Source: the human T2T-CHM13v2.0 reference genome, Homo sapiens. From it: 64,000 nt of DNA. This document shows, in pieces, positions 39,701 to 54,700 of the stretch. The DNA lies in the NCBI RefSeq assembly GCF_009914755.1, contig NC_060937.1. One strand, 5' to 3'. Each line of letters starts with the position of its first letter. Position 1 is the first letter of the stretch. The translations under genes were made by a program, and so were the position numbers. The notes beneath the pieces were generated by a model that was not told the origin of the DNA, did not search any database, and saw only the letters and a program-made list of their open reading frames with translations.

Positions 39701-42700
39701 CCACTCTGTTAGCTGAGTACACACATCACAAACTTGTTTCTCAGAATCCTTCTGTCTCGTTTTTCTGGGAAGATATTTACTTTTTCACCGTAGGCATCAA
39801 AGCGCTCCAAATGTCCACATCCAGATACTCCAGAAAGAGTGTTTCAAACCTGCTCTATGAAAGGGAATCTTCAACTCTATGAGTTGAATGCAGACATCAG
39901 AAAGAAATTTCTGAGAATGCTGCTGTCTACCTTTTATTTGAATTCCCGCTTCCAACGAAATCCTCCAAGCTATCCAAATATCCACTTGCAGATTCCACAA
40001 AAAGAGTGTTTCAAAACTGCTCTCTATCAATGGCAAAGTTCAACTCTGTTAGTTGAGGACACATATCACCAACAAGTTTCTGAGAATGCTTCTGTCTATT
40101 TTTTATGGGAAGATATTTCCTTTTTCACCGTAGGCGTCAAGGCGATCGAAATGTCCACTTCCACAAACTACAAAAAGAGTGTTTCAAACCTGCTCTATGA
40201 AAGGCCATGTTCATCTCTATGAGTCGAATGGAAATATCCGAAAGAAATTTCTGGGAATGCTGCTGTCTAGTTTTTATACGAATTCCCGCTTCCAACGAAA
40301 TCCTCAAAGCAATCCAAATATCCACTTGCAGAATCCACAAAAAGAGTGTTTCAAAACTGCTCTATCAATAGAAAGGTTCAACTCTTTTAGTTGAGTACAC
40401 ACATCACAAACAAGTTTCTGAGAATGCTTCTGTCTGGCTTTTATTGGAAGACGTTTCCTTTTCACCAAAGGCATCAAAGCGCTCCAAATGTCCACTTCCA
40501 GATTCTTCCAAAAGAGTGTTTGAAACGTGCTCAAAGTAAGGGAATGTTCAACTCTGTGACTTGAATGCAGATATCACCAAGTAGTTTCTAATAGTGCTTC
40601 TGTCTAGATTTTAGATGATGATATTCCCGTTTCCAACGAAATCGTTAGAGCTATCCAAATATCCACTTACAGTTTCTACAAAAAGAGTGTTTCCAAACTG
40701 CTGCATCAAAAGAAAGGTTCAACTCTGTTAGTTGAGGACACACATCACAAAGAAGTTTGTGAGAATGCTTCTGTCTAGATTTTGTATGACCATATTCCCT
40801 TTTCCAGCGATATCATTAAAGCAATCTAAATATCCATTTGCAGAATCCACAAAAATAGAGTTTCAAAGCTGCTCTGTAAAAAGAAAGGTTCCACTCTGTT
40901 AGCTGAGTACACACATCACAAACTTGTTTCTCAGAATCCTTCTGTCTCGTTTTTATGGGAAGATATTTACTTTTTCACCGTAGGCATCAAAGCGCTCCAA
41001 ATGTCCACATCCAGATACTCCAGAAAGAGTGTTTCAAACCTGCTCTATGAAAGGGAATCTTCAACTCTATGAGTTGAATGCAGACATCAGAAAGAAATTT
41101 CTGAGAATGCTGCTGTCTACCTTTTATTTGAATTCCCGCTTCCAACGAAATCCTCCAAGCTATCCAAATATCCACCTGCATTTTCCACAAAAAGAGCGTT
41201 TCAAAACTGCTCTATCAATAGAAATGTTCAACTCCTTTGGCTGGGTACACACATCACAAACAAGTTTCTGAGAATGCTTCTGTCTAGTTTTTATGGGAAG
41301 ACATTCCCTTTTTCACCAAAGGCATCAAAGCGCTCCAAATGTCCACTTCCAGACACTACAAAAAGAGTGTTTCCAACGTGCTCTAAGAAAGCGAATGTTC
41401 AACTCTGTGACTTGAATGCAGATATCACAAAGTAGTTTCTGAGAGGGCTTCTGTCTAGATTTTAGATGATGATATTCCCGTTTCCAACGAAATCATTAGA
41501 GCTATCCAAATATCCACTTACAGTTTCTACAAAAAGAGTGTTTCCAAACTGCTGCATCAAAAGAGAGGTTCCACTCTGTTAGCTGAGTACACACATCACA
41601 AACTTGTTTCTCAGAATCCTTCTGTCTCGTTTTTCTGGGAAGATATTTACTTTTTCACCGTAGGCATCAAAGCGCTCCAAATGTCCACATCCAGATACTC
41701 CAGAAAGAGTGTTTCAAACCTGCTCTATGAAAGGGAATCTTCAACTCTATGAGTTGAATGCAGACATCAGAAAGAAATTTCTGAGAATGCTGCTGTCTAC
41801 CTTTTATTTGAATTCCCGCTTCCAACGAAATCCTCCAAGCTATCCAAATATCCACTTGCAGATTCCACAAAAAGAGTGTTTCAAAACTGCTCTCTATCAA
41901 TGGCAAAGTTCAACTCTGTTAGTTGAGGACACATATCACCAACAAGTTTCTGAGAATGCTTCTGTCTATTTTTTATGGGAAGATATTTCCTTTTTCACCG
42001 TAGGCGTCAAGGCGATCGAAATGTCCACTTCCACAAACTACAAAAAGAGTGTTTCAAACCTGCTCTATGAAAGGCCATGTTCATCTCTATGAGTCGAATG
42101 GAAATATCCGAAAGAAATTTCTGGGAATGCTGCTGTCTAGTTTTTATACGAATTCCCGCTTCCAACGAAATCCTCAAAGCAATCCAAATATCCACTTGCA
42201 GAATCCACAAAAAGAGTGTTTCAAAACTGCTCTATCAATAGAAAGGTTCAACTCTTTTAGTTGAGTACACACATCACAAACAAGTTTCTGAGAATGCTTC
42301 TGTCTGGCTTTTATTGGAAGACGTTTCCTTTTCACCAAAGGCATCAAAGCGCTCCAAATGTCCACTTCCAGATTCTTCCAAAAGAGTGTTTGAAACGTGC
42401 TCAAAGTAAGGGAATGTTCAACTCTGTGACTTGAATGCAGATATCACCAAGTAGTTTCTAATAGTGCTTCTGTCTAGATTTTAGATGATGATATTCCCGT
42501 TTCCAACGAAATCGTTAGAGCTATCCAAATATCCACTTACAGTTGCTACAAAAACAGTGTTTCCAAACTGCTGCATCAAAAGAAAGGTTCAACTCTGTTA
42601 GTTGAGGACACACGTCACAAAGAAGTTTGTGAGAATGCTTCTGTCTAGATTTTGTATGACGATATTCCCTTTTCCAACGATATCGTTAAAGCAATCTAAA

Positions 42701-45700
42701 TATCCATTTGCAGAATCCACAAAAATAGAGTTTCAAAGCTGCTCTGTAAAAAGAAAGGTTCCACTCTGTTAGCTGAGTACACACATCACAAACTTGTTTC
42801 TCAGAATCCTTCTGTCTCGTTTTTCTGGGAAGATATTTACTTTTTCACCGTAGGCATCAAAGCGCTCCAAATGTCCACATCCAGATACTCCAGAAAGAGT
42901 GTTTCAAACCTGCTCTATGAAAGGGAATCTTCAACTCTATGAGTTGAATGCAGACATCAGAAAGAAATTTCTGAGAATGCTGCTGTCTACCTTTTATTTG
43001 AATTCCCGCTTCCAACGAAATCCTCCAAGCTATCCAAATATCCACTTGCAGATTCCACAAAAAGAGTGTTTCAAAACTGCTCTCTATCAATGGCAAAGTT
43101 CAACTCTGTTAGTTGAGGACACATATCACCAACAAGTTTCTGAGAATGCTTCTGTCTATTTTTTATGGGAAGATATTTCCTTTTTCACCGTAGGCGTCAA
43201 GGCGATCGAAATGTCCACTTCCACAAACTACAAAAAGAGTGTTTCAAACCTGCTCTATGAAAGGCCATGTTCATCTCTATGAGTCGAATGGAAATATCCG
43301 AAAGAAATTTCTGGGAATGCTGCTGTCTAGTTTTTATACGAATTCCCGCTTCCAACGAAATCCTCAAAGCAATCCAAATATCCACTTGCAGAATCCACAA
43401 AAAGAGTGTTTCAAAACTGCTCTATCAATAGAAAGGTTCAACTCTTTTAGTTGAGTACACACATCACAAACAAGTTTCTGAGAATGCTTCTGTCTGGCTT
43501 TTATTGGAAGACGTTTCCTTTTCACCAAAGGCATCAAAGCGCTCCAAATGTCCACTTCCAGATTCTTCCAAAAGAGTGTTTGAAACGTGCTCAAAGTAAG
43601 GGAATGTTCAACTCTGTGACTTGAATGCAGATATCACCAAGTAGTTTCTAATAGTGCTTCTGTCTAGATTTTAGATGATGATATTCCCGTTTCCAACGAA
43701 ATCGTTAGAGCTATCCAAATATCCACTTACAGTTTCTACAAAAAGAGTGTTTCCAAACTGCTGCATCAAAAGAAAGGTTCAACTCTGTTAGTTGAGGACA
43801 CACATCACAAAGAAGTTTGTGAGAATGCTTCTGTCTAGATTTTGTATGACCATATTCCCTTTTCCAGCGATATCATTAAAGCAATCTAAATATCCATTTG
43901 CAGAATCCACAAAAATAGAGTTTCAAAGCTGCTCTGTAAAAAGAAAGGTTCCACTCTGTTAGCTGAGTACACACATCACAAACTTGTTTCTCAGAATCCT
44001 TCTGTCTCGTTTTTCTGGGAAGATATTTACTTTTTCACCGTAGGCATCAAAGCGCTCCAAATGTCCACATCCAGATACTCCAGAAAGAGTGTTTCAAACC
44101 TGCTCTATGAAAGGGAATCTTCAACTCTATGAGTTGAATGCAGACATCAGAAAGAAATTTCTGAGAATGCTGCTGTCTACCTTTTATTTGAATTCCCGCT
44201 TCCAACGAAATCCTCCAAGCTATCCAAATATCCACCTGCATTTTCCACAAAAAGAGCGTTTCAAAACTGCTCTATCAATAGAAATGTTCAACTCCTTTGG
44301 CTGGGTACACACATCACAAACAAGTTTCTGAGAATGCTTCTGTCTAGTTTTTATGGGAAGACATTCCCTTTTTCACCAAAGGCATCAAAGCGCTCCAAAT
44401 GTCCACTTCCAGACACTACAAAAAGAGTGTTTCCAACGTGCTCTAAGAAAGCGAATGTTCAACTCTGTGACTTGAATGCAGATATCACAAAGTAGTTTCT
44501 GAGAGGGCTTCTGTCTAGATTTTAGATGATGATATTCCCGTTTCCAACGAAATCATTAGAGCTATCCAAATATCCACTTACAGTTTCTACAAAAAGAGTG
44601 TTTCCAAACTGCTGCATCAAAAGAGAGGTTCCACTCTGTTAGCTGAGTACACACATCACAAACTTGTTTCTCAGAATCCTTCTGTCTCGTTTTTCTGGGA
44701 AGATATTTACTTTTTCACCGTAGGCATCAAAGCGCTCCAAATGTCCACATCCAGATACTCCAGAAAGAGTGTTTCAAACCTGCTCTATGAAAGGGAATCT
44801 TCAACTCTATGAGTTGAATGCAGACATCAGAAAGAAATTTCTGAGAATGCTGCTGTCTACCTTTTATTTGAATTCCCGCTTCCAACGAAATCCTCCAAGC
44901 TATCCAAATATCCACTTGCAGATTCCACAAAAAGAGTGTTTCAAAACTGCTCTCTATCAATGGCAAAGTTCAACTCTGTTAGTTGAGGACACATATCACC
45001 AACAAGTTTCTGAGAATGCTTCTGTCTATTTTTTATGGGAAGATATTTCCTTTTTCACCGTAGGCGTCAAGGCGATCGAAATGTCCACTTCCACAAACTA
45101 CAAAAAGAGTGTTTCAAACCTGCTCTATGAAAGGCCATGTTCATCTCTATGAGTCGAATGGAAATATCCGAAAGAAATTTCTGGGAATGCTGCTGTCTAG
45201 TTTTTATACGAATTCCCGCTTCCAACGAAATCCTCAAAGCAATCCAAATATCCACTTGCAGAATCCACAAAAAGAGTGTTTCAAAACTGCTCTATCAATA
45301 GAAAGGTTCAACTCTTTTAGTTGAGTACACACATCACAAACAAGTTTCTGAGAATGCTTCTGTCTGGCTTTTATTGGAAGACGTTTCCTTTTCACCAAAG
45401 GCATCAAAGCGCTCCAAATGTCCACTTCCAGATTCTTCCAAAAGAGTGTTTGAAACGTGCTCAAAGTAAGGGAATGTTCAACTCTGTGACTTGAATGCAG
45501 ATATCACCAAGTAGTTTCTAATAGTGCTTCTGTCTAGATTTTAGATGATGATATTCCCGTTTCCAACGAAATCGTTAGAGCTATCCAAATATCCACTTAC
45601 AGTTGCTACAAAAACAGTGTTTCCAAACTGCTGCATCAAAAGAAAGGTTCAACTCTGTTAGTTGAGGACACACGTCACAAAGAAGTTTGTGAGAATGCTT

Positions 45701-48700
45701 CTGTCTAGATTTTGTATGACGATATTCCCTTTTCCAACGATATCGTTAAAGCAATCTAAATATCCATTTGCAGAATCCACAAAAATAGAGTTTCAAAGCT
45801 GCTCTGTAAAAAGAAAGGTTCCACTCTGTTAGCTGAGTACACACATCACAAACTTGTTTCTCAGAATCCTTCTGTCTCGTTTTTATGGGAAGATATTTAC
45901 TTTTTCACCGTAGGCATCAAAGCGCTCCAAATGTCCACATCCAGATACTCCAGAAAGAGTGTTTCAAACCTGCTCTATGAAAGGGAATCTTCAACTCTAT
46001 GAGTTGAATGCAGACATCAGAAAGAAATTTCTGAGAATGCTGCTGTCTACCTTTTATTTGAATTCCCGCTTCCAACGAAATCCTCCAAGCTATCCAAATA
46101 TCCACTTGCAGATTCCACAAAAAGAGTGTTTCAAAACTGCTCTCTATCAATGGCAAAGTTCAACTCTGTTAGTTGAGGACACATATCACCAACAAGTTTC
46201 TGAGAATGCTTCTGTCTATTTTTTATGGGAAGATATTTCCTTTTTCACCGTAGGCGTCAAGGCGATCGAAATGTCCACTTCCACAAACTACAAAAAGAGT
46301 GTTTCAAACCTGCTCTATGAAAGGCCATGTTCATCTCTATGAGTCGAATGGAAATATCCGAAAGAAATTTCTGGGAATGCTGCTGTCTAGTTTTTATACG
46401 AATTCCCGCTTCCAACGAAATCCTCAAAGCAATCCAAATATCCACTTGCAGAATCCACAAAAAGAGTGTTTCAAAACTGCTCTATCAATAGAAAGGTTCA
46501 ACTCTTTTAGTTGAGTACACACATCACAAACAAGTTTCTGAGAATGCTTCTGTCTGGCTTTTATTGGAAGACGTTTCCTTTTCACCAAAGGCATCAAAGC
46601 GCTCCAAATGTCCACTTCCAGATTCTTCCAAAAGAGTGTTTGAAACGTGCTCAAAGTAAGGGAATGTTCAACTCTGTGACTTGAATGCAGATATCACCAA
46701 GTAGTTTCTAATAGTGCTTCTGTCTAGATTTTAGATGATGATATTCCCGTTTCCAACGAAATCGTTAGAGCTATCCAAATATCCACTTACAGTTGCTACA
46801 AAAACAGTGTTTCCAAACTGCTGCATCAAAAGAAAGGTTCAACTCTGTTAGTTGAGGACACACGTCACAAAGAAGTTTGTGAGAATGCTTCTGTCTAGAT
46901 TTTGTATGACGATATTCCCTTTTCCAACGATATCGTTAAAGCAATCTAAATATCCATTTGCAGAATCCACAAAAATAGAGTTTCAAAGCTGCTCTGTAAA
47001 AAGAAAGGTTCCACTCTGTTAGCTGAGTACACACATCACAAACTTGTTTCTCAGAATCCTTCTGTCTCGTTTTTCTGGGAAGATATTTACTTTTTCACCG
47101 TAGGCATCAAAGCGCTCCAAATGTCCACATCCAGATACTCCAGAAAGAGTGTTTCAAACCTGCTCTATGAAAGGGAATCTTCAACTCTATGAGTTGAATG
47201 CAGACATCAGAAAGAAATTTCTGAGAATGCTGCTGTCTACCTTTTATTTGAATTCCCGCTTCCAACGAAATCCTCCAAGCTATCCAAATATCCACTTGCA
47301 GATTCCACAAAAAGAGTGTTTCAAAACTGCTCTCTATCAATGGCAAAGTTCAACTCTGTTAGTTGAGGACACATATCACCAACAAGTTTCTGAGAATGCT
47401 TCTGTCTATTTTTTATGGGAAGATATTTCCTTTTTCACCGTAGGCGTCAAGGCGATCGAAATGTCCACTTCCACAAACTACAAAAAGAGTGTTTCAAACC
47501 TGCTCTATGAAAGGCCATGTTCATCTCTATGAGTCGAATGGAAATATCCGAAAGAAATTTCTGGGAATGCTGCTGTCTAGTTTTTATACGAATTCCCGCT
47601 TCCAACGAAATCCTCAAAGCAATCCAAATATCCACTTGCAGAATCCACAAAAAGAGTGTTTCAAAACTGCTCTATCAATAGAAAGGTTCAACTCTTTTAG
47701 TTGAGTACACACATCACAAACAAGTTTCTGAGAATGCTTCTGTCTGGCTTTTATTGGAAGACGTTTCCTTTTCACCAAAGGCATCAAAGCGCTCCAAATG
47801 TCCACTTCCAGATTCTTCCAAAAGAGTGTTTGAAACGTGCTCAAAGTAAGGGAATGTTCAACTCTGTGACTTGAATGCAGATATCACCAAGTAGTTTCTA
47901 ATAGTGCTTCTGTCTAGATTTTAGATGATGATATTCCCGTTTCCAACGAAATCGTTAGAGCTATCCAAATATCCACTTACAGTTGCTACAAAAACAGTGT
48001 TTCCAAACTGCTGCATCAAAAGAAAGGTTCAACTCTGTTAGTTGAGGACACACGTCACAAAGAAGTTTGTGAGAATGCTTCTGTCTAGATTTTGTATGAC
48101 GATATTCCCTTTTCCAACGATATCGTTAAAGCAATCTAAATATCCATTTGCAGAATCCACAAAAATAGAGTTTCAAAGCTGCTCTGTAAAAAGAAAGGTT
48201 CCACTCTGTTAGCTGAGTACACACATCACAAACTTGTTTCTCAGAATCCTTCTGTCTCGTTTTTCTGGGAAGATATTTACTTTTTCACCGTAGGCATCAA
48301 AGCGCTCCAAATGTCCACATCCAGATACTCCAGAAAGAGTGTTTCAAACCTGCTCTATGAAAGGGAATCTTCAACTCTATGAGTTGAATGCAGACATCAG
48401 AAAGAAATTTCTGAGAATGCTGCTGTCTACCTTTTATTTGAATTCCCGCTTCCAACGAAATCCTCCAAGCTATCCAAATATCCACTTGCAGATTCCACAA
48501 AAAGAGTGTTTCAAAACTGCTCTCTATCAATGGCAAAGTTCAACTCTGTTAGTTGAGGACACATATCACCAACAAGTTTCTGAGAATGCTTCTGTCTATT
48601 TTTTATGGGAAGATATTTCCTTTTTCACCGTAGGCGTCAAGGCGATCGAAATGTCCACTTCCACAAACTACAAAAAGAGTGTTTCAAACCTGCTCTATGA

Positions 48701-51700
48701 AAGGCCATGTTCATCTCTATGAGTCGAATGGAAATATCCGAAAGAAATTTCTGGGAATGCTGCTGTCTAGTTTTTATACGAATTCCCGCTTCCAACGAAA
48801 TCCTCAAAGCAATCCAAATATCCACTTGCAGAATCCACAAAAAGAGTGTTTCAAAACTGCTCTATCAATAGAAAGGTTCAACTCTTTTAGTTGAGTACAC
48901 ACATCACAAACAAGTTTCTGAGAATGCTTCTGTCTGGCTTTTATTGGAAGACGTTTCCTTTTCACCAAAGGCATCAAAGCGCTCCAAATGTCCACTTCCA
49001 GATTCTTCCAAAAGAGTGTTTGAAACGTGCTCAAAGTAAGGGAATGTTCAACTCTGTGACTTGAATGCAGATATCACCAAGTAGTTTCTAATAGTGCTTC
49101 TGTCTAGATTTTAGATGATGATATTCCCGTTTCCAACGAAATCGTTAGAGCTATCCAAATATCCACTTACAGTTGCTACAAAAACAGTGTTTCCAAACTG
49201 CTGCATCAAAAGAAAGGTTCAACTCTGTTAGTTGAGGACACACGTCACAAAGAAGTTTGTGAGAATGCTTCTGTCTAGATTTTGTATGACGATATTCCCT
49301 TTTCCAACGATATCATTAAAGCAATCTAAATATCCATTTGCAGAATCCACAAAAATAGAGTTTCAAAGCTGCTCTGTAAAAAGAAAGGTTCCACTCTGTT
49401 AGCTGAGTACACACATCACAAACTTGTTTCTCAGAATCCTTCTGTCTCGTTTTTCTGGGAAGATATTTACTTTTTCACCGTAGGCATCAAAGCGCTCCAA
49501 ATGTCCACATCCAGATACTCCAGAAAGAGTGTTTCAAACCTGCTCTATGAAAGGGAATCTTCAACTCTATGAGTTGAATGCAGACATCAGAAAGAAATTT
49601 CTGAGAATGCTGCTGTCTACCTTTTATTTGAATTCCCGCTTCCAACGAAATCCTCCAAGCTATCCAAATATCCACCTGCATTTTCCACAAAAAGAGCGTT
49701 TCAAAACTGCTCTATCAATAGAAATGTTCAACTCCTTTGGCTGGGTACACACATCACAAACAAGTTTCTGAGAATGCTTCTGTCTAGTTTTTATGGGAAG
49801 ACATTCCCTTTTTCACCAAAGGCATCAAAGCGCTCCAAATGTCCACTTCCAGACACTACAAAAAGAGTGTTTCCAACGTGCTCTAAGAAAGCGAATGTTC
49901 AACTCTGTGACTTGAATGCAGATATCACAAAGTAGTTTCTGAGAGGGCTTCTGTCTAGATTTTAGATGATGATATTCCCGTTTCCAACGAAATCATTAGA
50001 GCTATCCAAATATCCACTTACAGTTTCTACAAAAAGAGTGTTTCCAAACTGCTGCATCAAAAGAGAGGTTCCACTCTGTTAGCTGAGTACACACATCACA
50101 AACTTGTTTCTCAGAATCCTTCTGTCTCGTTTTTCTGGGAAGATATTTACTTTTTCACCGTAGGCATCAAAGCGCTCCAAATGTCCACATCCAGATACTC
50201 CAGAAAGAGTGTTTCAAACCTGCTCTATGAAAGGGAATCTTCAACTCTATGAGTTGAATGCAGACATCAGAAAGAAATTTCTGAGAATGCTGCTGTCTAC
50301 CTTTTATTTGAATTCCCGCTTCCAACGAAATCCTCCAAGCTATCCAAATATCCACTTGCAGATTCCACAAAAAGAGTGTTTCAAAACTGCTCTCTATCAA
50401 TGGCAAAGTTCAACTCTGTTAGTTGAGGACACATATCACCAACAAGTTTCTGAGAATGCTTCTGTCTATTTTTTATGGGAAGATATTTCCTTTTTCACCG
50501 TAGGCGTCAAGGCGATCGAAATGTCCACTTCCACAAACTACAAAAAGAGTGTTTCAAACCTGCTCTATGAAAGGCCATGTTCATCTCTATGAGTCGAATG
50601 GAAATATCCGAAAGAAATTTCTGGGAATGCTGCTGTCTAGTTTTTATACGAATTCCCGCTTCCAACGAAATCCTCAAAGCAATCCAAATATCCACTTGCA
50701 GAATCCACAAAAAGAGTGTTTCAAAACTGCTCTATCAATAGAAAGGTTCAACTCTTTTAGTTGAGTACACACATCACAAACAAGTTTCTGAGAATGCTTC
50801 TGTCTGGCTTTTATTGGAAGACGTTTCCTTTTCACCAAAGGCATCAAAGCGCTCCAAATGTCCACTTCCAGATTCTTCCAAAAGAGTGTTTGAAACGTGC
50901 TCAAAGTAAGGGAATGTTCAACTCTGTGACTTGAATGCAGATATCACCAAGTAGTTTCTAATAGTGCTTCTGTCTAGATTTTAGATGATGATATTCCCGT
51001 TTCCAACGAAATCGTTAGAGCTATCCAAATATCCACTTACAGTTGCTACAAAAACAGTGTTTCCAAACTGCTGCATCAAAAGAAAGGTTCAACTCTGTTA
51101 GTTGAGGACACACATCACAAAGAAGTTTGTGAGAATGCTTCTGTCTAGATTTTGTATGACCATATTCCCTTTTCCAGCGATATCATTAAAGCAATCTAAA
51201 TATCCATTTGCAGAATCCACAAAAATAGAGTTTCAAAGCTGCTCTGTAAAAAGAAAGGTTCCACTCTGTTAGCTGAGTACACACATCACAAACTTGTTTC
51301 TCAGAATCCTTCTGTCTCGTTTTTATGGGAAGATATTTACTTTTTCACCGTAGGCATCAAAGCGCTCCAAATGTCCACATCCAGATACTCCAGAAAGAGT
51401 GTTTCAAACCTGCTCTATGAAAGGGAATCTTCAACTCTATGAGTTGAATGCAGACATCAGAAAGAAATTTCTGAGAATGCTGCTGTCTACCTTTTATTTG
51501 AATTCCCGCTTCCAACGAAATCCTCCAAGCTATCCAAATATCCACCTGCATTTTCCACAAAAAGAGCGTTTCAAAACTGCTCTATCAATAGAAATGTTCA
51601 ACTCCTTTGGCTGGGTACACACATCACAAACAAGTTTCTGAGAATGCTTCTGTCTAGTTTTTATGGGAAGACATTCCCTTTTTCACCAAAGGCATCAAAG

Positions 51701-54700
51701 CGCTCCAAATGTCCACTTCCAGACACTACAAAAAGAGTGTTTCCAACGTGCTCTAAGAAAGCGAATGTTCAACTCTGTGACTTGAATGCAGATATCACAA
51801 AGTAGTTTCTGAGAGGGCTTCTGTCTAGATTTTAGATGATGATATTCCCGTTTCCAACGAAATCATTAGAGCTATCCAAATATCCACTTACAGTTTCTAC
51901 AAAAAGAGTGTTTCCAAACTGCTGCATCAAAAGAGAGGTTCCACTCTGTTAGCTGAGTACACACATCACAAACTTGTTTCTCAGAATCCTTCTGTCTCGT
52001 TTTTCTGGGAAGATATTTACTTTTTCACCGTAGGCATCAAAGCGCTCCAAATGTCCACATCCAGATACTCCAGAAAGAGTGTTTCAAACCTGCTCTATGA
52101 AAGGGAATCTTCAACTCTATGAGTTGAATGCAGACATCAGAAAGAAATTTCTGAGAATGCTGCTGTCTACCTTTTATTTGAATTCCCGCTTCCAACGAAA
52201 TCCTCCAAGCTATCCAAATATCCACTTGCAGATTCCACAAAAAGAGTGTTTCAAAACTGCTCTCTATCAATGGCAAAGTTCAACTCTGTTAGTTGAGGAC
52301 ACATATCACCAACAAGTTTCTGAGAATGCTTCTGTCTATTTTTTATGGGAAGATATTTCCTTTTTCACCGTAGGCGTCAAGGCGATCGAAATGTCCACTT
52401 CCACAAACTACAAAAAGAGTGTTTCAAACCTGCTCTATGAAAGGCCATGTTCATCTCTATGAGTCGAATGGAAATATCCGAAAGAAATTTCTGGGAATGC
52501 TGCTGTCTAGTTTTTATACGAATTCCCGCTTCCAACGAAATCCTCAAAGCAATCCAAATATCCACTTGCAGAATCCACAAAAAGAGTGTTTCAAAACTGC
52601 TCTATCAATAGAAAGGTTCAACTCTTTTAGTTGAGTACACACATCACAAACAAGTTTCTGAGAATGCTTCTGTCTGGCTTTTATTGGAAGACGTTTCCTT
52701 TTCACCAAAGGCATCAAAGCGCTCCAAATGTCCACTTCCAGATTCTTCCAAAAGAGTGTTTGAAACGTGCTCAAAGTAAGGGAATGTTCAACTCTGTGAC
52801 TTGAATGCAGATATCACCAAGTAGTTTCTAATAGTGCTTCTGTCTAGATTTTAGATGATGATATTCCCGTTTCCAACGAAATCGTTAGAGCTATCCAAAT
52901 ATCCACTTACAGTTGCTACAAAAACAGTGTTTCCAAACTGCTGCATCAAAAGAAAGGTTCAACTCTGTTAGTTGAGGACACACGTCACAAAGAAGTTTGT
53001 GAGAATGCTTCTGTCTAGATTTTGTATGACGATATTCCCTTTTCCAACGATATCGTTAAAGCAATCTAAATATCCATTTGCAGAATCCACAAAAATAGAG
53101 TTTCAAAGCTGCTCTGTAAAAAGAAAGGTTCCACTCTGTTAGCTGAGTACACACATCACAAACTTGTTTCTCAGAATCCTTCTGTCTCGTTTTTATGGGA
53201 AGATATTTACTTTTTCACCGTAGGCATCAAAGCGCTCCAAATGTCCACATCCAGATACTCCAGAAAGAGTGTTTCAAACCTGCTCTATGAAAGGGAATCT
53301 TCAACTCTATGAGTTGAATGCAGACATCAGAAAGAAATTTCTGAGAATGCTGCTGTCTACCTTTTATTTGAATTCCCGCTTCCAACGAAATCCTCCAAGC
53401 TATCCAAATATCCACTTGCAGATTCCACAAAAAGAGTGTTTCAAAACTGCTCTCTATCAATGGCAAAGTTCAACTCTGTTAGTTGAGGACACATATCACC
53501 AACAAGTTTCTGAGAATGCTTCTGTCTATTTTTTATGGGAAGATATTTCCTTTTTCACCGTAGGCGTCAAGGCGATCGAAATGTCCACTTCCACAAACTA
53601 CAAAAAGAGTGTTTCAAACCTGCTCTATGAAAGGCCATGTTCATCTCTATGAGTCGAATGGAAATATCCGAAAGAAATTTCTGGGAATGCTGCTGTCTAG
53701 TTTTTATACGAATTCCCGCTTCCAACGAAATCCTCAAAGCAATCCAAATATCCACTTGCAGAATCCACAAAAAGAGTGTTTCAAAACTGCTCTATCAATA
53801 GAAAGGTTCAACTCTTTTAGTTGAGTACACACATCACAAACAAGTTTCTGAGAATGCTTCTGTCTGGCTTTTATTGGAAGACGTTTCCTTTTCACCAAAG
53901 GCATCAAAGCGCTCCAAATGTCCACTTCCAGATTCTTCCAAAAGAGTGTTTGAAACGTGCTCAAAGTAAGGGAATGTTCAACTCTGTGACTTGAATGCAG
54001 ATATCACCAAGTAGTTTCTAATAGTGCTTCTGTCTAGATTTTAGATGATGATATTCCCGTTTCCAACGAAATCGTTAGAGCTATCCAAATATCCACTTAC
54101 AGTTGCTACAAAAACAGTGTTTCCAAACTGCTGCATCAAAAGAAAGGTTCAACTCTGTTAGTTGAGGACACACGTCACAAAGAAGTTTGTGAGAATGCTT
54201 CTGTCTAGATTTTGTATGACGATATTCCCTTTTCCAACGATATCGTTAAAGCAATCTAAATATCCATTTGCAGAATCCACAAAAATAGAGTTTCAAAGCT
54301 GCTCTGTAAAAAGAAAGGTTCCACTCTGTTAGCTGAGTACACACATCACAAACTTGTTTCTCAGAATCCTTCTGTCTCGTTTTTCTGGGAAGATATTTAC
54401 TTTTTCACCGTAGGCATCAAAGCGCTCCAAATGTCCACATCCAGATACTCCAGAAAGAGTGTTTCAAACCTGCTCTATGAAAGGGAATCTTCAACTCTAT
54501 GAGTTGAATGCAGACATCAGAAAGAAATTTCTGAGAATGCTGCTGTCTACCTTTTATTTGAATTCCCGCTTCCAACGAAATCCTCCAAGCTATCCAAATA
54601 TCCACTTGCAGATTCCACAAAAAGAGTGTTTCAAAACTGCTCTCTATCAATGGCAAAGTTCAACTCTGTTAGTTGAGGACACATATCACCAACAAGTTTC

